Origin: Candidatus Magasanikiibacteriota bacterium
GTDB lineage: Bacteria > Patescibacteriota > Patescibacteriia > Magasanikbacterales > UBA922
Reading direction: 5' to 3'
Length of the DNA: 64,000 nt
Assembly (NCBI GenBank): GCA_014729395.1
Contig: WJJZ01000014.1
Location: 1,955-65,954 of the forward strand
Shown: positions 48,223-57,435 of the stretch, piece after piece
Layout of the letters: the number at the start of each line of letters is the position of its first letter
How positions within the stretch are numbered: the stretch's first letter is position 1
Made by a program: the position numbers and the translations under genes
Notes under the pieces: model-generated
Told to the model about the DNA's origin: nothing
Databases searched by the model: none
What the model saw: only the letters and a program-made list of their open reading frames with translations

Positions 48223-51200
48223 TTATTTTCTTTTTGTTTTTTGGCAAGATAACTCTTCTTTGTAAGACTGGTAAAAACTACCGGAATAAAAATCAGTGTT
48301 AGGACTGTGGAAAAAATCAATCCGAAGATAATGGAAAAACCAAGCCCTTGCCACATTTCTTCTGAAAGAGCAAGCGGTAAAACTCCAACAATAGTAGTAA
48401 GAGAAGTAAGGAAAATCGGCTGCATACGAGCTAGCCCAGCTTCTATAACCGAATCGGTAAATTCAACCCCTCTTTTTAAATTCTTTAATATTCTATCTAT
48501 TAAAACGATAGAATCATTAACTACAATTCCGGCTAAAGATACAATACCTATAAAAGCCGGCAAACTAAATGCCAGACCTAAGAATGCCAGACCTAAGAAT
48601 GCACCCACAATCGCCAGTGGTAAGGAAAAAATTATGACAAAAGGTGTTCTGAAAGAGTTAAATTGCAAAACCAATATAAAAAGAATTAAAAATACAGCCA
48701 GGATCATGGACAAAAACATTTCAGAAAAAGATTGCTCTATCTCTTCATTTTGTCCGCCAATTTCCACATTATATCCGTCGGGTAAATCCATGTTTGGTTT
48801 TATTTCATTGTTAAATTCTGCTATTATTTTTCTCAAATCGGCGGTTTTTGTTGTTTGTGCGCTCACTCTTACGACTTTCTCACCATCCAAATGACTAACA
48901 CTTAAAACTGATGGCTCCAAATTTAATGTCGCTACTTGTCGCAAAGGTACTGTACCCTGACTTGAATTAAGCATTATATTTTCAAGTTCATTAGTATTTG
49001 TGAGAGATGATTTATCGTATTTTACTACAATGTCAACATCATCACCGTTTATATTAAGAGTTGATACATTAATACCATATATAGCTTGACGAACGGTATT
49101 TGCTATATTTGTTACATCAAGTCCGTAATATTTAGCTTTTTCTCTATCAATTTTGAAGACAAATTCACCGCTTGTTTCTTCTATGCTATCAGTTACATTT
49201 ATCAGTCCATCTATTTTTGCAAGTTCTTTTTTTACTTGATTGGAAATTTGTATAATTTTATTCAATTCATCACCCTGAATCCTTAACTCAAACGGAGCTC
49301 CGGAAGGAGGACCTGCTTCAATTTCTTCTACATTTACCTCTCCGCTACTGATAGCCTGCAAGTCGTTTCTGATCGAATCAGCGATTTCATAACTTTTTCT
49401 ATCTCTTTGCTTGGTAGGAATTAAATTTATTACGATCGAACCAATATGTTCACCACTTGCGGAGGACTGACCTCCGTAAATGGAAAAACCTTGACCAATA
49501 TTGCTGACATAGTTATCTAATTCAGGTATTTTTCTGATTATAGTTTCAGCTTCTGCCATTACCAAAGAAGTTTCTTCCAGCGTTGAGCCCGGGGCAGTTT
49601 CGACACTTACAACAAAATATTCAAAATCAATTTTAGGGAACATTTCAATTTTCATAATTCCCAAAATAGGTAGCATAAGAGTCGCAAACAAAAGAATAAT
49701 AGCGGATAAGATGACCAGTCGGCGATTACTTTTTTTTACTAATAATTTCCTAAGAAATTCTGTATAAATAGCTTGTAATCGGGAAATATATTTTTTTATT
49801 TTAAATAAACGGTGGGTTTTTCCATTTCTTCTTTGTTTTTTATAAAATTTTGCAGATAAAGTCGGTATTATAATAAGAGCCACGAATAAAGAAGCTAACA
49901 AAGTGGCACTGAGTGTCAGAGGTAAAATACTCATGTATTCTCCTATAATTCCGGAAACTAAAAGCATGGGTAGAAATGCCCCAACTGTTGTCATTGTTCC
50001 TGATATGATAGGCCAGCGATAATTCCAGATTGATAACAATGCTGCATCCAATGGACTTCTGTCATGGTCATGAATATATTCATTTATCCCTTCCATTACT
50101 ATGATCGAATTATCCACCATTAAACCCAAAGATAAAACCATTGCAAAAAGAACCATGCTGTTTAGGGTCATGCCCTGAACCAGTATAATAATGAAAGATA
50201 ACAGGAATGCAATTGGTACAGACAATCCGGTAATTATCGATCCACGGATACCAAGGACTAAGAAAAGTAGAAATACTATTAAAATTACAGTCTGTAAACC
50301 GCTTGAACCCAATCTTTCAAAATCATTTTTTATGTATACGGAATTATCATTTGTTTTTAAAATCAACAAGTCTTCGGGAAATTTATTTTGACTCTGCAGT
50401 TCATCTATTCTTTTTTCGACATTGTCTGTAATTTTCAATATATTGCCGCCGGTTTTTTTGAAGATTTGTATGGAAACCGTATTTTGAGGTGCTGAATCCC
50501 CCACTCCAATTCTGGAATCATTTTTTATCTCTTGATAACTGTCCTCTATGATTGCCAAATCCTTTAGATATATAGGTGCATTTTCTATATAAGTAACAAT
50601 TATTTCATTTAAATCCTCTATTTCGTCAATTTCACCGACAACTCTTATATTATAGTTATGATTTTCTATTTCCAAATCTCCCGCCGGTAAATTGAAGTTT
50701 GATAAATTTATAGCGGATGCGATTTGGGATAATGATAAACCATAAGAAGCAATTTTATTTTGATCAACCTTGACCTGATACTCACGGGTCAAACCACCTA
50801 TAATAGGAGCTCTGGAGACATCAGGAAGATTTTCAAACTCTTCTTGTAATATATCGGCATACTTTTTCAATTCTATATCACTATAATCACCTACAAAACT
50901 GTAGGTGACAATTGGAAAATCACTGAAATTTATCTCCGAAACCATCGGATCTCCGGCATCATCGGGTAAATCGGGCTTTGCCAAATCAACAGCTTCTTTT
51001 AATTTATCAATGCTGTCCTGAATATCCGCCTCAGCTTCAAATTCCACAAAAATTGAGCTAAACCCCAAATTTGATGCTGATTGATAGGTCTTTATGTTTT
51101 CTACATTCTTTATTTTTTCTTCGAGTTCGTCCGTTACAAGTTCTTCGACATCTGTCGGGTTGGCCCCCGGATAAGAAACCGATACGGAAGCGTATGGAAT

Positions 51201-51398
51201 TTTCACCTCAGGTTCTGATTCTTTTGGTAAAACTACGATAGCATAGGCACCTAAAATAACAATAACCGTCAGAATGATATAGGTTACCCTGAAATTTTTA
51301 ACGAAAAAACCCGGAATCGAAGACTTTGTATTTATTATTGCTTCATCCAATTCTTCCTTCAATATTTCATTGTCTTTTTTATCAAAATAATTATTCAT
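48219..51398 (-). CDS. RND-family efflux transporter permease (AcrB/HAE1-like)
   Basis: 1059 aa, 12 TM with two large periplasmic loops; contains a perfect 15-bp tandem duplication (48571-48600) giving LGLAFLGLAF. Confidence 0.8.
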   Translation of the reverse strand: MNNYFDKKDNEILKEELDEAIINTKSSIPGFFVKNFRVTYIILTVIVILGAYAIVVLPKESEPEVKIPYASVSVSYPGANPTDVEELVTDELEEKIKNVENIKTYQSASNLGFSSIFVEFEAEADIQDSIDKLKEAVDLAKPDLPDDAGDPMVSEINFSDFPIVTYSFVGDYSDIELKKYADILQEEFENLPDVSRAPIIGGLTREYQVKVDQNKIASYGLSLSQIASAINLSNFNLPAGDLEIENHNYNIRVVGEIDEIEDLNEIIVTYIENAPIYLKDLAIIEDSYQEIKNDSRIGVGDSAPQNTVSIQIFKKTGGNILKITDNVEKRIDELQSQNKFPEDLLILKTNDNSVYIKNDFERLGSSGLQTVILIVFLLFLVLGIRGSIITGLSVPIAFLLSFIIILVQGMTLNSMVLFAMVLSLGLMVDNSIIVMEGINEYIHDHDRSPLDAALLSIWNYRWPIISGTMTTVGAFLPMLLVSGIIGEYMSILPLTLSATLLASLFVALIIIPTLSAKFYKKQRRNGKTHRLFKIKKYISRLQAIYTEFLRKLLVKKSNRRLVILSAIILLFATLMLPILGIMKIEMFPKIDFEYFVVSVETAPGSTLEETSLVMAEAETIIRKIPELDNYVSNIGQGFSIYGGQSSASGEHIGSIVINLIPTKQRDRKSYEIADSIRNDLQAISSGEVNVEEIEAGPPSGAPFELRIQGDELNKIIQISNQVKKELAKIDGLINVTDSIEETSGEFVFKIDREKAKYYGLDVTNIANTVRQAIYGINVSTLNINGDDVDIVVKYDKSSLTNTNELENIMLNSSQGTVPLRQVATLNLEPSVLSVSHLDGEKVVRVSAQTTKTADLRKIIAEFNNEIKPNMDLPDGYNVEIGGQNEEIEQSFSEMFLSMILAVFLILFILVLQFNSFRTPFVIIFSLPLAIVGAFLGLAFLGLAFSLPAFIGIVSLAGIVVNDSIVLIDRILKNLKRGVEFTDSVIEAGLARMQPIFLTSLTTIVGVLPLALSEEMWQGLGFSIIFGLIFSTVLTLIFIPVVFTSLTKKSYLAKKQKENN

Positions 51399-51401
51399 AA
51401 A

Positions 51402-53177
51402 TTAATTTACAAGAATTTCAACTTGGTCCCCCGGTTTAGTATTTCTTGTTGAATCGACAATATAATCAATTTCTTGTAATCCTGAAGTAACTTCAATTTT
51501 GTTACCAATAATTTTGTTGACCTCTATTTCAATTTCTTCAATCAGACCATCCCGGTTTACAATATAAACGGTTTTATTATCGGAATTTATACTTACTGCT
51601 TCAAGCGGTAATAAAATAGGTTTTTCAGTACCTTCCGTACCATTCTTTTCAATTTCAATATCAACAAATTGACCAACCACAAACGGCAGTTCTTTTTCGC
51701 TTAGAGCTATTATAACCTCGACTTTTTTCGTACTTGGATCAATGCTGGGTGCGATATGTGTGACAATACCATCATGTTCTTTATTTAATATTGCTTTGCT
51801 TCCTAAACGGATTGTATCTAGGTCATAACTGTCAACATAAGTTTTTACTTGTAATCCATCCAGATTTACAATCGAAGCAAGTAATTGACCCACAGAAACA
51901 AGCTCGCCTTTTTTCGCGTTCAATACCGCTACTTTGCCATAAATTGGAGAAGTTAAGATTGTTTTGGCAATTGAAGCATTAACAGAGCTAATTCCGGATC
52001 CCGCTCTTAAAATTTGTGCGTCTTGTGATTGTAATCCCGCTTCTAATTGTTTTATTTGCGCTTCTGAGGCGGCTATATCGGTCTTTGCTTGCAGTTTTGC
52101 GGTCTCTAAGTCACGAAGGGCTTTTTCATATGCAATTTTATATGATTCAAGACTGCTTTTGGCATTTTCAATTGATTGTTTTGCACCTAAAACAGAGTTA
52201 TAAACAGAAGAAACAGAAGATCTGGAATTTTGTATGGTATTAATAAAGCCATCTAATCTTGTTTGTGTAATAGAACCGATTGCCAATGTTTCATCCAGCA
52301 TTACCGTCATATCCAGCAAATGCTTATTAAATAAATCCAAAGTCTCAATCATTGAAGAAATCGTAGTATCCACTTCAGATTGGGCAAAATTAATATTTAA
52401 TCCGGCAACTTGGTTTTTTAAAATTTCATTCTTATCTCTGGCAATCTTATATGAATAATTTGCCGTTTTTTTATAACGTCTATCCAATGGTGACAATAAA
52501 ATTTCAAAATCATCATTAATTTTTTCATTATCTATACCTAAAATATTATCAGAAGCAATTAAAACTGAATTTAGTGTGTTTTGAGCATTTATAAGCACAG
52601 AAAGCGCATTCTCATAAGCGTCCTGAACCACTTGACTTTCACTGGTACTTTTGTTGAGGCGTAAATTATTTTCCGCATTTTTTACATTTGATTCTGCCGA
52701 ACTAATCATGTTTTGAGCTGTCACTAAAACTTTTTTATGATTCGCTTTTTGCGCTTCAAGCTGGGCTTTTAATTGATCTTTGCCGGCAAGAGTATTCATA
52801 TAGTCAGCTGACATTTGACCTCTTTGAGCCAAAAGTGAAGAATTGTCCAGTCTTGCGATTACCTGATCCGGATATACATCATCGCCCAATTTAACATTAA
52901 CTGCGGTTATACGACCCATGACTTCGCTTTTTATATCCACCTGCTCAAGTGATTCGACTTCACCGGTTACTTCGATAGTTTCTTTAATATTCCTAATGTC
53001 ATCCAAATTCAATAATTGGACCTGTGGTCGATGTTCAGTTGTGATAATGGTCTCAGTGTCATCACTTAATACTCCGGAAGCAAAAATTAGTACAATCGCT
53101 GTAATAAATAATATTAATAATGTGATTCTAATTTTTTTTGATATTTTAATTTTCATAACATTTTTTAAAATTTTCAA
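51402..53177 (-). CDS. RND efflux periplasmic adaptor (membrane fusion protein, HlyD family) with extended coiled coil
   Basis: N-terminal TM, biotinyl/lipoyl-like and beta-barrel segments, long alpha-hairpin. Confidence 0.7.
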   Translation of the reverse strand: MKILKNVMKIKISKKIRITLLILFITAIVLIFASGVLSDDTETIITTEHRPQVQLLNLDDIRNIKETIEVTGEVESLEQVDIKSEVMGRITAVNVKLGDDVYPDQVIARLDNSSLLAQRGQMSADYMNTLAGKDQLKAQLEAQKANHKKVLVTAQNMISSAESNVKNAENNLRLNKSTSESQVVQDAYENALSVLINAQNTLNSVLIASDNILGIDNEKINDDFEILLSPLDRRYKKTANYSYKIARDKNEILKNQVAGLNINFAQSEVDTTISSMIETLDLFNKHLLDMTVMLDETLAIGSITQTRLDGFINTIQNSRSSVSSVYNSVLGAKQSIENAKSSLESYKIAYEKALRDLETAKLQAKTDIAASEAQIKQLEAGLQSQDAQILRAGSGISSVNASIAKTILTSPIYGKVAVLNAKKGELVSVGQLLASIVNLDGLQVKTYVDSYDLDTIRLGSKAILNKEHDGIVTHIAPSIDPSTKKVEVIIALSEKELPFVVGQFVDIEIEKNGTEGTEKPILLPLEAVSINSDNKTVYIVNRDGLIEEIEIEVNKIIGNKIEVTSGLQEIDYIVDSTRNTKPGDQVEILVN

Positions 53178-53781
53178 TAACTTCGTTTGGAGAAATATTT
53201 TTCCAATTATTATCAGAAGTTACACCGTCAATAAATAGTTTAATTATTTTATCGGTATAAATTAAATCGATTTGATTATTTTTTTTATGTAAAAAAATTG
53301 TTTTTACAATCATTGAATAAAATTCTATAAATTCATCCGTACTAATATTTTTACTTATTTTTACTGAGTTATCTTCAAACAGCATGTTTAAGATTTTCTT
53401 TTTATATTTATCCACCTCAGATTTTGAAACTGATTCTGAAAAAAAATTTTTATTTCCCAAATACATTTCTCTCACAATAGGTCTATCATTGAGATAAAAA
53501 ATCGTTCCAAGTAGATTTTTGTAAAGACGTAACTTAGAATTTTTTTCTCGCTCTATCAATTTTCTAAGTTGCTTGGCTAATTTTGTTTTATCACACAATG
53601 AATCACAAATTTCCACATAGAGCATGTCTTTGTCCTTAAAATGAAGATAAAAAGTACCTTTTGCAACACCCGCTTTTTCAACGATTTCATCTATGGTAAC
53701 TTTTTTATAGCCATATTTTGAAAACAAATTTAAAGCCGCTTTTTTTATAATTTCTCTTCTTTTATTTATTTTTTGCATCAT
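53146..53781 (-). CDS. TetR-family transcriptional regulator
   Basis: KKAALNLFSKYGYKKVTIDEIVEKAGVAKGTFYLHF HTH. Confidence 0.8.
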   Translation of the reverse strand: MMQKINKRREIIKKAALNLFSKYGYKKVTIDEIVEKAGVAKGTFYLHFKDKDMLYVEICDSLCDKTKLAKQLRKLIEREKNSKLRLYKNLLGTIFYLNDRPIVREMYLGNKNFFSESVSKSEVDKYKKKILNMLFEDNSVKISKNISTDEFIEFYSMIVKTIFLHKKNNQIDLIYTDKIIKLFIDGVTSDNNWKNISPNEVIENFKKCYEN

Positions 53782-53889
53782 AAATGACTTTTTTAACTAA
53801 TTTAGTCATTATATACATATAATTTAATCCTGTCAAGACAAATAAAAAAAACCGTTTTGTTTAACGGATTTTTTATATTTATTAAAAAA

Positions 53890-54243
53890 TTAAACCATTT
53901 TCTTGAATTTTACAGTAAATCTCGGTTCGTATTCATTTCCATTTTTATCTTTAATTTCAATTGCTTCGCCTTTCATCATTTTTGTTACGGCTATATCAGA
54001 TAATAGTTCATTGTCAGATTCTATATCAATCTTTAAATCCTCTAATTTGGTGAACTCAGATGAAAACTGCTCTTTTATTGTATTTTCAATTTGTTTTTTT
54101 CGTTCACGTAATTGCTTCAATTCATCTTTTATCTCCCTGTATTCGCCTGAGCTTTCCAATGCATCTTTGTAGGCAGCTTTAATATCCTTTTGTTTTTGTT
54201 TGTGTTCTTGAATTCTGTCAAAAATTTGTTGTATATTTTGCAT
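53890..54243 (-). CDS. Hypothetical coiled-coil protein
   Basis: 117 aa, charged, no motif. Confidence 0.35.
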   Translation of the reverse strand: MQNIQQIFDRIQEHKQKQKDIKAAYKDALESSGEYREIKDELKQLRERKKQIENTIKEQFSSEFTKLEDLKIDIESDNELLSDIAVTKMMKGEAIEIKDKNGNEYEPRFTVKFKKMV

Positions 54244-54452
54244 ATTGATTATGAAAATTTAGTGCACTCATTATATCATATATATAACTAATGCTAAAGT
54301 CTTTAGCTCTAAAAAGTGTTGAATAGATAGTTTGGCAATTGGATAATTAGGTCTTATTTTCAAATTATTTATTAATCCAATTGTCTGGTTGTCTATTTAC
54401 TAACTCCACTCTACTATTGTATAATTAATATATAATTCATTAAATTGGGCAC

Positions 54453-54695
54453 ATGAGTGAATATACCCAAAAATCAATTGAATCTTTTTTCAGTGATTAT
54501 AATGTAACTGATCCGGACCTAAAGGCAAAACTTTTGCCCGAACTTACGGATATTATATATGATTATAATATGCATATTGTGAATTTGGAAAAAGAAACGG
54601 ATGAGTATAAGCGTAATCAGATTATGGTTGGAATAAAGGAGTTAAGAGACAAAATTGATGAAATTTTCAGCGACAACCTTAAATCTACAAAATAA
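54453..54695 (+). CDS. Hypothetical protein (80 aa)
   Basis: ORF only. Confidence 0.3.
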   Translation: MSEYTQKSIESFFSDYNVTDPDLKAKLLPELTDIIYDYNMHIVNLEKETDEYKRNQIMVGIKELRDKIDEIFSDNLKSTK

Positions 54696-54742
54696 TTGTA
54701 CTTAAAATTACTGTTTTAATTTTTTTTGTTAACCAATAAAAC

Positions 54743-56323
54743 ATGTCGCTACCAAACAGACCTATAGCATTAATAATTTTAGATGGTTTCGGAATCGCAC
54801 CGTCTAACCAGGCTAATGCAGTGACTCTGGCACAAAAGCCTTTTTTTGATTCACTTTTACAAAATTACCCGACCTTACTTTTGCAGGCATCCGGACTAAA
54901 CGTGGGATTACCGCAAACAGAAGTTGGTAACTCTGAAGTTGGCCATGTAAATATTGGCTCCGGGTTGCTAAAATATCAAAGTTTGCCACGAATAGATAAA
55001 TCCATATCCACCGGACAATTTTTTAAATTGAAGCCTTTGCAAGAAGCCGTTGAAATGGTTAAAAAAAATAAGAGCAAATTACATCTGGTTGGTATGATTG
55101 GTAATGGAGGTGTTCATAGCTCCCAAGAACACTTGGAAGCTTTAATAACTTTTGCAAAACTTTCAAAATTAAAAAAACAAACTTACTTGCATGTATTTCT
55201 TGATGGACGTGATACTGCTAAAGATTTAGGCAAAGAATTCATGGAAAAAACTCTTGAATATTGCAAAAAAGAAAAAACAGGACAGATAGCCTCAATTTGC
55301 GGTAGAGCTCTGGCTATGGACAGAAATAAAAACTGGGAAAAAACGCAAAAAGCATATAATGCAATATTTTTGGGCCAAGCTGAAAAAACTCATCGAGGTC
55401 CTGTAAAAGCCATTGAGGAATCCTATGCGGCCCAGGTTTACGATGAACAGATGGAACCGGTTGTAATTACCGATCGCAAAGGCAATCCCACAGCCACAGT
55501 TGAAGAAGGTGATGTGGTAATGTATTTTAATTTTAGAGCTGACAGAGCCAGACAACTTACACAGGCTGCGGTTGAACCGGAATTTAATAAATTTCCCAGA
55601 AAAGAACTGCAAAATTTTAAAATGATCACCTTTACCGAATACAAAAAAGGCTTGCCGGTTGATGTTTTGTTCCCGGTAGAAGTAATAAAAAATCCGATTG
55701 CCAAAGTTTTTAGTGATTACAATTTAAAACAACTTCACATTGCAGAAACTGAAAAATATGCTCATGTTACTTTTTTCTTGAATGGCATGCAGGAGGATTC
55801 TTTCCCCGGCGAAGAACGCGTTCTCATCCCCTCCCCCAGCGTTTCCACATATGATGAAAAACCGGAAATGTCGGCCTATGAAGTTACCAATAATATTTTA
55901 AGATGTCTCCGAACTGATGCATTTGATTTTTTTGTAGTAAACTTTGCCAATCCGGATATGGTGGGACATACCGGTAACTTACAAGCAACTGTAAAAGCGG
56001 TAGAGGCGGTAGATTCTTGTTTGGCAAAAATTATTCCCGAAATTGTAAAAAAGAACGGGATCGCTTTTGTTGTGGCAGACCATGGCAATGCCGAAGAGCT
56101 GATTAACCCGATTACAGGGGCGGTTGACAAAGAACACAATAACTATCCGGTGCCTTTTATAATAGTGGGAAATCAATTTGCCGGCCAACCAAACGAGCAG
56201 CTTGCCGGAACAGATTTATCACTTATTACACCGGTAGGAATATTATCTGACGTAACACCAACTATTTTAAGTCTTGCCGGGATTCCCCTACCACCGGAAA
56301 TGACCGGAACCAGATTGATTTGA
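54743..56323 (+). CDS. gpmI: 2,3-bisphosphoglycerate-independent phosphoglycerate mutase
   Basis: ALIILDGFG...SEVGHVNIGSG N-terminus; metal-binding ADHGNAE near the C-terminus. Confidence 0.9.
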   Translation: MSLPNRPIALIILDGFGIAPSNQANAVTLAQKPFFDSLLQNYPTLLLQASGLNVGLPQTEVGNSEVGHVNIGSGLLKYQSLPRIDKSISTGQFFKLKPLQEAVEMVKKNKSKLHLVGMIGNGGVHSSQEHLEALITFAKLSKLKKQTYLHVFLDGRDTAKDLGKEFMEKTLEYCKKEKTGQIASICGRALAMDRNKNWEKTQKAYNAIFLGQAEKTHRGPVKAIEESYAAQVYDEQMEPVVITDRKGNPTATVEEGDVVMYFNFRADRARQLTQAAVEPEFNKFPRKELQNFKMITFTEYKKGLPVDVLFPVEVIKNPIAKVFSDYNLKQLHIAETEKYAHVTFFLNGMQEDSFPGEERVLIPSPSVSTYDEKPEMSAYEVTNNILRCLRTDAFDFFVVNFANPDMVGHTGNLQATVKAVEAVDSCLAKIIPEIVKKNGIAFVVADHGNAEELINPITGAVDKEHNNYPVPFIIVGNQFAGQPNEQLAGTDLSLITPVGILSDVTPTILSLAGIPLPPEMTGTRLI

Positions 56324-56389
56324 TTTTAATTATCTTGACAGGCATCAATAAATGATTTATATTATCGCATCGAACCTAAGGAGGTAAAG

Positions 56390-56617
56390 ATGCAACATAT
56401 AATTCCATTTAGTCAGTTGGACAAATTTGAAATCTTTTGCTTGCAGACAATGATCAAACCGGACCATCGTCATCGTAAGATAGATTTTTGCTTGAAAGGC
56501 ACGATACCGAGATGTGTTATATTATGTCACGGTTGTCCGGAACTAAAAAAACAAAGAAGTAGTATATTAGATGTAGAAAATTTAAAAAAATGTTACAGGT
56601 ACCTTGTATCATTTTAG
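56390..56617 (+). CDS. Hypothetical Cys-rich small protein (75 aa, 7 Cys)
   Basis: SD aaggagg; CVILCHGCPE; followed by a terminator at 56641-56669. Confidence 0.4.
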   Translation: MQHIIPFSQLDKFEIFCLQTMIKPDHRHRKIDFCLKGTIPRCVILCHGCPELKKQRSSILDVENLKKCYRYLVSF

Positions 56618-56640
56618 TGGATATATGATTGTATGTATTG

Positions 56641-56669
56641 CCGTGAGTGTTAATCATCACGGTTTTTTT
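56641..56669 (+). terminator. Rho-independent terminator (ccgtga-gtgttaatca-tcacgg + TTTTTTT)
   Basis: Read directly. Confidence 0.6.
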
Positions 56670-56711
56670 ATTAAAATATGCTTATTTTAGCAAAATATTT
56701 GCACAATTATA

Positions 56712-56740
56712 TTGACAAAGAGCTTTTTTTGTGGTATAAT
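56712..56740 (+). promoter_or_regulatory. Perfect consensus promoter TTGACA-17-TATAAT
   Basis: ttgaca(56712-56717), 17-nt spacer, tataat(56735-56740). Confidence 0.6.
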
Positions 56741-56741
56741 T

Positions 56742-56862
56742 ATCCATTATTCTTAAATTTTTAAGGATAGTGAATAGGAAGGTCTTTACTCTCTTATAGC
56801 TACAAACAAGGGGTGTGTAGCTACTCAACTCACGATCAGGGGATCGTGGAAAGGTTTTTACA
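56742..56862 (+). ncRNA. Structured 120-nt 5' leader with three hairpins (tatcc..ggata; gctaca-aacaaggggtg-tgtagc; cacgatc-agggg-gatcgtg)
   Basis: Inverted repeats read directly; GGA/GGGG motifs in the loops; candidate cis-regulatory RNA. Confidence 0.3.
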
Positions 56863-57339
56863 ATGAAGACGGATAAAATTCAGCACAGTATCATCAACGC
56901 TCTTCAGCCGAGGCTTAGCTGGTTCGCATATGCAAAGAAATGGATAAGGGTTCCTGAAGATCTGTGGGGCACCCTCTGCCTAATCGCAGAAGCGGCTGCC
57001 AAGGCGGCAGAAAGTGAATGGTTACTGGCTCAAGCAGGTTCCCCGCATCGTAGCACGTTATCCTGCATGGAGCTTGAAGAAAAAACCCCGCAGCACGCAG
57101 GGTTCCATTTGTCCATTCTGACCTACCACGATGGTATTGATGAGACACTTAGTTTCATAAAATATGTAGGTCATGAATTTGAACTCGAAAAGGAGTCGCT
57201 TGGCAAGGCTCTCCAGCTGGCCGAGGAGGCAACACGTGAACCCCAAAATCTAGAAGTACAACTCGAGGTCAGTTGGGCCGAGTATCTCCCTTCTCGAATA
57301 ATCAATCCACTCTACAAATGGAGGAGGGATGAACAATAA
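56863..57339 (+). CDS. Hypothetical protein (158 aa), GC-rich (about 50%) island
   Basis: SD ggaaagg; compositionally distinct from neighbours; no recognisable domain; followed by nested hairpin cccgggtaagcg...gggaatg-tcttaccg-cattccc. Confidence 0.45.
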   Translation: MKTDKIQHSIINALQPRLSWFAYAKKWIRVPEDLWGTLCLIAEAAAKAAESEWLLAQAGSPHRSTLSCMELEEKTPQHAGFHLSILTYHDGIDETLSFIKYVGHEFELEKESLGKALQLAEEATREPQNLEVQLEVSWAEYLPSRIINPLYKWRRDEQ

Positions 57340-57435
57340 TAATCCCGGGTAAGCGTATTTGTTAATTTCGGGAATGTCTTACCGCATTCCCCTTCTAAAT
57401 ATTATCTTTAAGATTTAAAGCTAATTGAAGAAGAT

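Noticed and set aside
48307-48894. 195-aa plus-strand ORF (and other + ORFs 49086-49286, 50191-50391) inside the RND transporter gene
   Set aside because: They are antisense to a well-supported 1059-aa transporter and have no independent signals.
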